This document shows positions 30,187 to 39,610 of a stretch of DNA of 41,660 nt, piece by piece. Under the pieces are notes generated by a model. The model worked only from the letters and a program-made list of their open reading frames with translations, did no database searches and was not told where the DNA came from. The translations under genes and the position numbers were made by a program. Source of the stretch: Craspedostauros australis (Eukaryota); NCBI GenBank assembly GCA_030167865.1, contig JALAGF010003718.1:1-41660 (forward strand). The letters run 5' to 3'. How positions within the stretch are numbered: the first letter of the stretch is position 1; the number at the start of each line of letters is the position of its first letter.

Positions 30187-32630
30187 TATTCTTGGTCCTC
30201 GCCCCCGCCTTTGCTTGGAGCGGGTGGCTGGGCTTCGGACGCCGCGAGTTGGGCGCGCAAGGCCGCGATGATTGATTCCTGGCTGGCTATCGTGCTCTTT
30301 TGTTCCTGCACGCGAACACGACTCGCCTCCAATTCTTGAGCTTCTCTGGCCATTTTCATGGCTTCTTCCAATTCTGCTTCTATCGCTTCTCTTTCATCTA
30401 CTGCTGTCTGTGACTCGGGGATTGTGTATCGGGATGACGCTGCTGACTTTCCATACTCCGTTCCAAATGTCTTGTAGCTTTCGTCTTCCAATCGTGCCTT
30501 CTTGCGCTTTGGTGCTTCGTTGTCCTGCTCCATGATGTTGATTCCTTCGATGACGACGTTGCCGAATCCTTCATCCAAGAGAAAGTCCATCTCTTCTTCG
30601 GTCTCAACGTCCACGTATTCCCCGTTGGCGTCTTTGATCATGTTGCTGCTCATGGCCACGATGTCTTCAGAAAACCACTTGTGTGTGGACTCATTGATCT
30701 CCGAGGAGCATCGGATCCCGATTGTGTGGATCAACCCCACCGCTTGTGCGTATCTCTCTTCGAATGCAACGACGTGGATTGCGTCCTCCTTCCCGTCCGA
30801 CATGTGTGTTGTGCTGACGTCGTGGATCATTGGACATCCGTCTATGGTTTGGTTGGCGAGGAATTCCCGAAGCGTGATTGTCTGGGTCTCCGGGTCTTTC
30901 ACATCCAGTGCGAAGTCTCCCTTGAGCTGCTCGTACTTGAGTCGGCGGACGTAGCTTTGATGTTTGCGGGTCATCGCCTGCACCTTCGCGGCCGTCTTCG
31001 CCCCCATCACTGATGTCCCTGGCTTTGGGACATATCTGTAGTTGAGTCCGCCTCGATCGCCTTCCTTTGTATTGAAGATCTTGCCCAAGAGTTTGGAGGC
31101 TCTTCGCGCGTCCTTAACATCTGCGTGGAGATGTAAGGCCATCCATGGAGCGTTGTACCAGCTTCCGCCTAGTTGAAGATGTTGCTCTTTCACTTCTTCT
31201 GATACCTTCCCCATGTACTTCACCCGTCCTCCGACTTTGAGTTTCGCTCGTTTGCCTTCCAAGAGCTGATTAATGATCGCGAGGGCCTGTTTTGGTTTTG
31301 TGAAGTTTCCTGAGTACGCCATGAATCCAATCTCCGTCGTGTGTTCTGCATCCTTGAGGTCTTGAATGTAGGAGTATTCTCCTTCAAGATAGGCGCCCTC
31401 GAGCTCCGTATTCCAGCTCGTGAACATTTGCATGTCCATGTTCGATGATAGGAGCACTTGGAGATATACGTCCTCACTCTTTGACGTTGGGTTGGCTCTT
31501 CCAATGAAGTACCGGAGATCTTTCCATGCTGCTGGGATGTCATCTGCCGTGACGATGCAGCCTTTGGCCTTGTTTTTCTTGTACCAGGGGCTGATGATCA
31601 GGCTTTTGTCCATATCCAGAGCATCCTCATACCACGATCGAAAGCGTTCTTGAAAGTCCCTGACCGGCGTTTTGGAGCCTTTGGGAATCTTCAATCTCAT
31701 TTCGAACCGCTCGTAGTACCTTCGCTTGGGACTTGACATCTGTGGGGCTGGTTTCTTCTGCAAGATGGTCCAACCTTCGCCTTCTTTGTCTTTGCCTCGT
31801 GGTTGACTCTCTTTGGCTGTTGGAGCTCTGGCGGCTTTGAGGTTGCCTGCTGCGTCCCGCGGGGCTGGAGATGTGATTCTTGTTGCCGTTGTGTAGGCTG
31901 TGAGGTTGGCTTGCTTCAGAGGCTTTTTCGTCATGAGGGCTTCCAGATCATAACTTTCGTCATCGCTGTCCACCTTCATCTTCTCGCCATCGGAGTCGAC
32001 TTCCGGCGGAGCTTGCTCATCCATGTATTGGCAGCCCATGTAATTTGTCGCCGCTGCCCATAGTATGGTCATCTGATTAGCTGTCATTGTCTTGTTGCCG
32101 GGCTTGAGGGCATCTGCGAAGCATTGGATGGGATTGGTGAGAGAAAGGTCTGCCACGAGTTGTTTGATGGAAACTCGTGCCGGGTCATCCGAAGTCACCT
32201 TTGTTTTCCCCAACTTGGTTGTGCGTCCATCCATCACCGTCTGGAAAAAACCTGTCATCTCGCTGATGGTTGGCATGTACGCCGACACCATTGCCGTGTC
32301 GCTTTTCTCCCACCTTGCTTTCATGACCAGGGTCTTCTTCGTCTGGTTGTGCAGCGCTCTATCCTCTTCTCCATACATCTCTTCTGGCCGAAAGGCTTTG
32401 GCTTGTTGAATGATGGTGTCGTGCAGCTTTTTCCACCGCGCGGTGTTCGGATCTTTCCATGTCGTCGCTATTTCCCCTCGTTTCTCCATCGCCTCTTCTT
32501 CGATTGCTCTCGGATTTGGCTTGGGGGGCGGCTTTGGAGCTGCTGTCTGCACAGCTTGTCCTTGCTCATCCATCATCTCAACGTCGTCGGCTTTGTCGTC
32601 TGCGATTCTAACATGTTTGATTGCCTTCAT
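30186..32630 (-). CDS. LINE ORF1 protein (gag-like position), 814 aa, C-terminal coiled coil
   Basis: The first ATG inside the TSD-bounded element is 32630 (MKAIKHV); the track start 32822 lies in the host flank. Long intact ORF upstream of ORF2 with heptad-like EREAIEAELEEAMKMAREAQELE...LRAQL. Confidence 0.85.
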   Translation of the reverse strand: MKAIKHVRIADDKADDVEMMDEQGQAVQTAAPKPPPKPNPRAIEEEAMEKRGEIATTWKDPNTARWKKLHDTIIQQAKAFRPEEMYGEEDRALHNQTKKTLVMKARWEKSDTAMVSAYMPTISEMTGFFQTVMDGRTTKLGKTKVTSDDPARVSIKQLVADLSLTNPIQCFADALKPGNKTMTANQMTILWAAATNYMGCQYMDEQAPPEVDSDGEKMKVDSDDESYDLEALMTKKPLKQANLTAYTTATRITSPAPRDAAGNLKAARAPTAKESQPRGKDKEGEGWTILQKKPAPQMSSPKRRYYERFEMRLKIPKGSKTPVRDFQERFRSWYEDALDMDKSLIISPWYKKNKAKGCIVTADDIPAAWKDLRYFIGRANPTSKSEDVYLQVLLSSNMDMQMFTSWNTELEGAYLEGEYSYIQDLKDAEHTTEIGFMAYSGNFTKPKQALAIINQLLEGKRAKLKVGGRVKYMGKVSEEVKEQHLQLGGSWYNAPWMALHLHADVKDARRASKLLGKIFNTKEGDRGGLNYRYVPKPGTSVMGAKTAAKVQAMTRKHQSYVRRLKYEQLKGDFALDVKDPETQTITLREFLANQTIDGCPMIHDVSTTHMSDGKEDAIHVVAFEERYAQAVGLIHTIGIRCSSEINESTHKWFSEDIVAMSSNMIKDANGEYVDVETEEEMDFLLDEGFGNVVIEGINIMEQDNEAPKRKKARLEDESYKTFGTEYGKSAASSRYTIPESQTAVDEREAIEAELEEAMKMAREAQELEASRVRVQEQKSTIASQESIIAALRAQLAASEAQPPAPSKGGGEDQE

Positions 32631-32758
32631 GGTCGTTTCGGTATCTTTCGTGTCACGTAGAAATTGCTGTAGTTTGAGTACTGATTTTTGTTGATGTGTT
32701 TCTTTTTTGTGTTTATCTAGTGTTATCGTTTGTTTCGTTTTTTCGGGTTCTGGTATTG

Positions 32759-32775
32759 TGTGATGGCTTTGGATA
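32759..32775. repeat. Right copy of 17-bp target-site duplication TGTGATGGCTTTGGATA
   Basis: Identical to 24390-24406. Confidence 0.93.
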
Positions 32776-32947
32776 GAGGAGAGCACTCTAATCATCTTCA
32801 TGGTTATACATAGACAGTACATACGAGTAGAGTAGAATACGGTGGAGAACGAAGAGAATTGTTCAACTTTACAGGAGAACGTGACCAGTCGCAGAGTTGC
32901 TGCACCTGCATTCTTTGCTCTCGTCGCGACACTGCTTGCCTGCCTCT

Positions 32948-33925
32948 CTAGTCGTATGCATCGATGTTGGTGCTGTTGAATGCCGCCATCAATGACCGGC
33001 TGAGCCCGTGCATCGGTAGCCCCATGACCGCGAAGAAGTCACCCTGCAATCCGCTCACGATCTGTCCGCCGATGCCCTGGATGCCGTACGAACCGGCCTT
33101 GTCCATGGGCTCCCCGGATGCGACGTACGCATCGATGTCGCAGTCCGTGAGCTCGGTAAACGTGACGTTGGCGGTTTCCACGAACGAGTCCACCAACGAC
33201 ACTGCGCTATCTGTATCCAACTTGTACAACGCCACGCCAGTGTGGACCTGATGGCAGTTCCCGCTCAATTCTCGCAACATGCGCTTGGCATCTGCTTCGT
33301 CCTTGGGCTTCTCCAAGATGGTGCCGTCCAAATCCACAATGGTATCGGATCCGAGGTAGAACACGATCTGCCGCGACGTCGATGACTTGGCATCGTGCAA
33401 GGCCAACGCTTCGGCCTTGGCCTTCGCCAGTCGTTCCGTGTATTCGACCGGCGTCAAATTCACGATCTGGGTCAGCTCTTCCTGCAACGCCGTCTCATCC
33501 AACGGCGATGGCTGAGCCCGGTACCTGCCTGCCAACCCCATCATGTCAAGGATCTCGCGTCGACGCGGGCTCTGGCTGGCCAGCACGAGGCCGAACTTCG
33601 GACTATCGTCAGTTCCCGTCACCTCGTTGCCAACCTGCTCGAAGGCCGAAATCAGCAATGAACCTTGGCGTGTTGTGGGCATGGTGGGGTCGGTGCTTGT
33701 GGTGGACTGCTTTCTGAGCGATGGCGGACGGCTTCGTTGGTGGTCCTGGACGTCGCAGGGTCGCTGGTGGATGGCGAGAAAAGCGATCGAATGAGCTGGC
33801 GTCGGAACGAATGCGGCAGATGCGCGAGTTTTGGCGTGACAGACAATACCGGTGACGATGATCAGAATCAGGGAGGATGGAGTTGGAAAGAGTACGAAGC
33901 GAGACGCCCGGCGATGCGTTGACAT
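32948..33925 (-). CDS. maf: Maf/YhdE-like nucleoside triphosphate pyrophosphatase, probably plastid-targeted (about 325 aa; upstream ATG at 34126 possible)
   Basis: LVLASQSPRRREIL, GSDTIV..DG.ILEKP, LSG..HQVHTGV and EPMDKAGSYGIQG. Signal LILIIVTGIVC followed by ASAAFVP. Confidence 0.92.
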   Translation of the reverse strand: MSTHRRASRFVLFPTPSSLILIIVTGIVCHAKTRASAAFVPTPAHSIAFLAIHQRPCDVQDHQRSRPPSLRKQSTTSTDPTMPTTRQGSLLISAFEQVGNEVTGTDDSPKFGLVLASQSPRRREILDMMGLAGRYRAQPSPLDETALQEELTQIVNLTPVEYTERLAKAKAEALALHDAKSSTSRQIVFYLGSDTIVDLDGTILEKPKDEADAKRMLRELSGNCHQVHTGVALYKLDTDSAVSLVDSFVETANVTFTELTDCDIDAYVASGEPMDKAGSYGIQGIGGQIVSGLQGDFFAVMGLPMHGLSRSLMAAFNSTNIDAYD

Positions 33926-34149
33926 GATGCGTCCTTCTATCCACTGCTTCTCAACACTGCGGGGTCTTGAGGAGACTGATGAAGATGATCCAATACTCTG
34001 ATGGTCTGCTTCTCTGGTATTCTGATGTTGGCATGGCGTTGATGCATTGCTCGGCTGGTGGAAGATCTTCGATACCTGCGCGATCTCCTCACACCAACAA
34101 GCGGTGCAGGTTCTGGCGTTCTTCATCTTTCTTTGTGGTTGGGAACTTG

Positions 34150-36909
34150 ATGGCTACCGTGATTCAGTGTTCATACGGGACTCGTATCCTCCCGCCAAGT
34201 CAGAAGAGTCATTTGGCAGTTTGCCTTTCTTTCGCCTTCTTTCCACACCACGACTCCGCTTTCGCTCGTCATGTTGGTCTTGGTTTCTTCGAAGAGGCCC
34301 AACACGAAGAGACGGCCGAGAGATGGCACTTTGGCTTCCTCTTTGCTTTGCGTGACACAATCCTTCGTTCGTCGACTCTTTCATCCAGCCGTAGATCTGC
34401 GCCATCTCCAAACACCTTGACGATGCCAGCTTCCAATCCAGACCAAAGCAAGCGACTGCGGCAGCAGCAGCAGCAGCCGCGGGAACAGTACATGGTCGTT
34501 CCCATCCATCGTGACGAGGAACGCGCGCGGAATGCGTTGCAAGCGCAGAAGGAGCATCATCGGCGGAACCGCATCTTGTCCAATCGTGCTCGTGATGAAC
34601 CTCATCGTCGCCAGCAACAGGAACGGGCTTCCCACCCGGTTCATTGGAGGCGGCAGCTGGGAAGCAGCTCGGCAACCACCGGGCAGAACATGATCGGCTC
34701 GTTGGGATTGTCGAACTGCCAGCTCGTCATGTGGAGCGGAAAAATTTCGATTGGAACGCCGCCGCAGACGTTCCTGGTGGACATGGACACGGGCAGCTCC
34801 GATCTGTGGGTGCCATCCAAGCGGTGCGATGATTCGTGCAAGGCCTTTCCTGACTGGAACTTCTACGACGACGAGCGTAGTTCCACGCACTCGGTGGCAT
34901 CGAAGAATGCCAAGATGAATTCGTTCGACGTCTCCTACGAAGATGGAGAGAACGTACGTCGATGAGAGTTGTGAGAGAGTTGTCCAGCATCACTGATGAT
35001 GAAGGCGGCGTGGCAAACATCGAATTGGTCGTTGTGCTGTTCATGCCGATTTCGTATTGGAACTTGTACGAATCGCACGGTAGTGCTCAGTAGAGGGCCT
35101 TACTATTCTGCACACTGCACTGCAATGTCGGGCTGGTTGTTCTCCTCTATTGAGGAAACGAGGGGACTGCACAAGCAGCCTCTAGGCAGCATCGAGAGAT
35201 ACGGGGGCGAGCGCATGTGGAAGAAACGCCCAAGCCCACATGGCTCCTTCTCATCATGCCCGTACGTAGGAACTCGTGTCGCGATGGCCTATCACCAACT
35301 CACCTTCTTGTTGCCTTACCTACCTACCTACCTACCTACCTGTCTTCAATCGCTGTTATCCTCCATGCACCGTACGACGTGACACACATCGCACCACAAC
35401 GTGTCACAACCCATCGCAACGAAATGTATTGCATTATGTTATATCATCTATGTGTGAATATTCAGGTCACTGGTGAACACGCGAAGGATATCGTCCGCAT
35501 CGGCGATACAGTCCAGATCATTGACCAGGTCTTTGCACAGGCGACGCACCTTGATAAATTCCAGACCTGTGAGGCTGAGGCGGGCATCATGGGGCTGGGC
35601 TTCTCCATGATCTCCTCTCACCAGTACCCATCCATCCTCAGCAACTTGCAAACCACTTTGCTCAAACCCTACTTCTCGCTCTACTTGGATGTTCGCAGTG
35701 ACTATCCGGCTGACACGTCCAACAGAATCGGGGACAAGGATAAGTACGGCAACCTGGAATTCGGTCATGAACGACCAACCTCCACGCATTCCGAGATGGT
35801 CTTTGGCGGTGTCAACCAGCGCCATTACGAAGGATGCATCACATGGCACAGTCTGGGACAGTTCCAGGATAACATGGGAGACACCTTCGAAGGGTACTGG
35901 GATTTCGCACTGAGCGATGTTCGTGTCGGTGGAAAATCGCTGAACACGTACAACCTCGCCTTGGTGGATTCGGGCAGCACCTACCTGGTGGGTCCTCAGG
36001 ATGCCATCGCACAGATCGCCAAGATGAATTCTGCAACCTGCATTGCCTTCGACGACGAAAACAATCCGAAAAAGGTGGACTGCGACAGCGCGAGCGGGTT
36101 CGACGACGCTATTGTGAATTGCAACCAAGCATTCCTGAACATTGAATTCGTTGCCGATGATGCGGTGTACGTGCTGGAGAAGGAAGATCTGTTGCTGCAG
36201 ATCGACCCCGACGATCCGACGATGTGCCTTCTGCGCATTGCTGGTTCAGATGACATTCCCGTAAGTGAGGATGGAACCCAAACCGTGCCAATTTGGTGAA
36301 CGGAGCTTGCTCACAATGTAATCGCATTGGTACATTGTATCGCATGCTGGACACCATGCACTCACGCATCGCATGCTTGCTGCTCGTACTACGCTGGTTA
36401 CACAATCATACGCACCATACACTGCCGTACCATACAACATTCCATGCGCAAAACAGGGATGGGTGCTTGGCGATACGTTCTTGAACAAGTACTATTCGGT
36501 GTACGATTTTGGCACCCGCCGTGTTGGCTTTGCCAAGTCGACCAGGGACACGAGCGACGTGTGCGGAGCAGACACAGAGTACGACATCAACTCGGTTGGC
36601 AAGAGTGAGTCGAATTCGTCTGGTGGGTCAACCCCAGTTCCGCCGCCGCCGTCGTCACAATCTGCGGCGCTTCCAAGCGATCCCGCACCAGCACTACCGA
36701 CCAAAAGCTACCAACCTCCATCCGTGCCCGAAGATTACGAACGGCATGGAGGCCAAAGCGGGATGAGGAAGTTCATGGTGGTGAGCTTGTTCTTCTTCGG
36801 GTTCCTTGTACTGTTCCAAATGTACACCAAACGTTCCAACCGCAGACGGCACCAAGCACTGGAACAGAATGCCGAAAGAGTGGAAGATGACAGCGGGATC
36901 TACGCATGA
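34150..36909 (+). CDS. Pepsin-family (A1) aspartic protease with C-terminal TM helix; exons about 34150-34953, 35466-36260, 36457-36909 (start uncertain, alternative ATG 34423)
   Basis: IGTPPQTFLVDMDTGSSDLWV, GIMGLGF, ALVDSGSTYL and WVLGDTFL. Phase-0 introns are 34954-35465 and 36261-36456. TM segment FMVVSLFFFGFLVLF. Confidence 0.9.
35317..35340. repeat. (TACC)6 microsatellite in intron 1 of the aspartic protease
   Basis: Six perfect TACC units. Confidence 0.9.
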
Positions 36910-37528
36910 GCCTGCTCGTATTCGTATGTATGGCACTTGTGCTCCTGTCTGCGCTCTCGAGAGAGCCGCCCACTCAAGTGTAAGCAATGCTTCTATTATA
37001 GTTGCGTGATAGACAAAGTGGCCTGATAAGATTATTAGAGCAGCCACACCAGTAGAGATTAAAGGAACACATCGGGGTAGAATAAGTCATCCTCTACCAA
37101 TCAAGATGGGCACAGGATCCAGATAGTATCATGCTCTAGATCGTAGTCTGGCACTGTCCTCAGCTTCCTTCCCATGAAGTGGCGTGTTGGGCACGGGATT
37201 GAAGCTCTCTTGTGCAAGAAAGATTAGTCGCGCTAACAAGGAAGGAGACAGATGGCCGAATTCTTGTCAGCCAACAACAAGAACGACAGGACAGATCCGA
37301 ACTCTGCGGAACAAGACAAAGCACACAGCAGTGCTGGGCACGGACACCAACACCGACACGAACACCCCCTCCTGGAAGCTGCCTGCGACAAAGATCTCGT
37401 CTGTCTCTTGGCGTTCCCAAATCAAGGGCACAAGATACCACAGCTCGTGGTAGTACGAGGAGAGCAATACCAACGCTCTCGTTGCAAGCACAGGACAACC
37501 ACAGACAATCCAGATCGCAACAGCGACG

Positions 37529-38650
37529 ATGGCAGCGATGAGTCGACCATCTGCGACGCTAATCGCCTTGATCGCGCTCCAGTGTGCTTCCGCCCTGTCT
37601 TTCCAGTTCACTCGCGGCGTTCCACCATTCCCCTTCGGTGCGAGACTTTCGATCCCGCGTGCGTCCTGCCACCAGCACTCGTCGCCAGCAGCAGCCACGA
37701 CGGCGACACCGACATCGCTCAACATGAAAGAGGACGAGAGCAAGGAGGACAAGGTCGAGGACTCCTTCATGGACTCGCTGAAGCAGCGCATAGAGGAAGT
37801 CAAGGACAGCGACACCACGCTCCCCATACTCCTGATGGAGCCGGTGCTGCCACGCCAAACGCTGGTGATCCAAACCAACATGCAACAGCTCCTGACTCTG
37901 ATCAAGTACCTCATCAAGCACGAAACGCCGCGCCTGGGAATGATCGGTCAGGTCGCGACCACGGATGGTAAGACCCCTGACATCGGACCACCCGGCGGGA
38001 CGGACATGGACGACGAAGACAAGAGATTCATCCCGCTGTTCTTCGGCGTGGAGATGGAGATCCAGGGCACCCCCGATATCCGTCCGATACCATCTGATAT
38101 GGAGCCAGCTCCAGGTGGTTCGGACGAGGTGATCACCGTCGCGCTGGCCGCCAAACGGCGGTTCTCGATCAATCGCAACGAGACGATCTGGGAAGAGGGC
38201 GAATTGCAGGGAATCAGCCGGGCCAGGGTGAAGTTCTTGAATTCGGGCGACGAGGAGAGCAAGGAGGAGCTGGGGGAAGACATGTACGACCCGATGTCAC
38301 TGTCGCGGGCAGAGATGATGGCGAAAGTCTTCGACGAGATGAAATGGAAGGACACGTCGGACAAGAGGATGGTGGATCATTGGATCGAGCTGGCGCGAAA
38401 GAACGAGAAAAAGCCGGGGCAGATCGATCGGCTGTTGCAGAGCTTGGGTGAGATGCCGCCGGCAACAGAGCCGTCAGAACGCGCATTTTGGATTGGTGCG
38501 CTGATCAATCCGTTGCCCAAGTTGGACGTTGCGCAGGACATTCGGGGACGTCTCCTCGTGTCTCCGACGGCGGAGTCGAGGATCCACTTGACTATGCGCG
38601 CCATGATCAATTCCATCGAACTGATGGAGAGCGGGCATATTTGGTTCTAG
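37529..38650 (+). CDS. LON peptidase N-terminal (substrate-binding) domain-like protein, probably plastid-targeted, 373 aa
   Basis: Signal LIALIALQCASALS|F; LPILLMEPVLPRQTL, GMIG, FGVEMEI, RRF and FWIGALINPLP..DIR..LL. No ATPase or protease motifs. Confidence 0.72.
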   Translation: MAAMSRPSATLIALIALQCASALSFQFTRGVPPFPFGARLSIPRASCHQHSSPAAATTATPTSLNMKEDESKEDKVEDSFMDSLKQRIEEVKDSDTTLPILLMEPVLPRQTLVIQTNMQQLLTLIKYLIKHETPRLGMIGQVATTDGKTPDIGPPGGTDMDDEDKRFIPLFFGVEMEIQGTPDIRPIPSDMEPAPGGSDEVITVALAAKRRFSINRNETIWEEGELQGISRARVKFLNSGDEESKEELGEDMYDPMSLSRAEMMAKVFDEMKWKDTSDKRMVDHWIELARKNEKKPGQIDRLLQSLGEMPPATEPSERAFWIGALINPLPKLDVAQDIRGRLLVSPTAESRIHLTMRAMINSIELMESGHIWF

Positions 38651-39492
38651 ACTTGTTGGAGAGCTTTACGATCAGACATGCAGGATTGCATTGAAGGGAG
38701 CTATTCACAAACCACAGAATCATCAAAGTCGACTGATTGGATTCATTTTCTGCTGATTGACAGATTCGTGGATTGGGCTCACTTTTGGAAAACTGTTTTC
38801 GCGCCGACGAAAGAGTCCGTTGAGAGTCATCGATGTTTTTCTGCGCTCGAGAGCCACGAAAGCCGGTGACGACCAATTCGGTTGTGTCACGAACAACGGA
38901 ATGATGACCGGTTTCCGTATAAATGACAGACGCCGATGACATTACAGTTAACCGTTTGGAATGTCGTGGTGCGAATGGTGGCATAAACGGTGAATGCTCG
39001 CGAGGCACTGAAGCCACCAACGAACGACAACCGTTCAATTTGTTGCTGGTTGTTTTGTGGTGATTGAACGGAAAGAAGGGATGCCATGCGAAATTCAAAA
39101 AATGCGCGAGCGAAAGACGCGCGACGAGACGCGACACCCAACAACGCACCGCACAAACGCCGATCTTCGCTTCCGCGAAACATTGCTTTGGATCTGTTGA
39201 CATCACGTGTTGCCATCAACCAGAATCCAAGTAATCGATCCAACAAAATGAAAGCTCCAAACGAAGGCGATCCCCCGCCTCTCCTCTGTGGATCATTGAT
39301 TCAGTTGCGCGAAGCGCACACTCTCGCTCACTCAAACACACCCAACGCAACTTTGGAACGATTGCCTTGGTGCCTCGTCCCGTCAGCAATAGCAACAATC
39401 CGAGCAGACTTTCGCAAGCAGTGCCAAACCACGAAGAGGCTGACAGATCGACGTTGCCACAATCATTGACGACTGTTGAGCTCATTTCACAA

Positions 39493-39585
39493 ATCCAATC
39501 CAATCCAATTCAACTCGAGCTGACCTGAGCTGAGCCGAGCTGAGTGGCATTCAACCAAACAAAGCCAAGCCAAGCCAAACCAAAG
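39493..39585. repeat. Degenerate pentamer arrays (AATCC, GAGCT, AAGCC) upstream of the second surface-protein gene
   Basis: aatcc aatcc aatcc aattc aactc gagct gacct gagct gagcc gagct ... aagcc aagcc aagcc aaacc. Confidence 0.7.
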
Positions 39586-39610
39586 CACAGACGCAAACAA
39601 GACGACAACG

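Larger units (their letters stand above)
24407..32758 (-). mobile_element. Probably full-length non-LTR retrotransposon (LINE), two ORFs, APE-RT-RNase H, Ambal-like; 8352 bp
   Basis: Bounded by a perfect 17-bp TSD. It has a 128-nt A-rich 5' UTR, uninterrupted ORF1 and ORF2, and a 132-nt 3' UTR ending in (TTAT)n. No LTRs are present. Confidence 0.93.

Noticed and set aside
24407-32758. Interpretation as an LTR element, group II intron, retron, DGR or prokaryotic defence RT system
   Set aside because: No LTRs, integrase, protease or template repeats are present. The APE domain, long TSD, repeat tail and eukaryotic context all indicate a non-LTR retrotransposon.
32631-32758. Self-cleaving (HDV-like) ribozyme in the LINE 5' UTR
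   Set aside because: The sequence is very A-rich with too few G/U pairing partners for the nested pseudoknot, judged by eye.
32631-32822. ORF-track start of LINE ORF1 at 32822 (878 aa)
   Set aside because: It lies outside the TSD-defined element; the element-encoded start is 32630.
38790-39185. E2F-like TTTCGCG sites upstream of the last gene (also TTTGGCGC near 20415)
   Set aside because: These are short motifs expected by chance in CG-rich intergenic DNA, with no supporting context.
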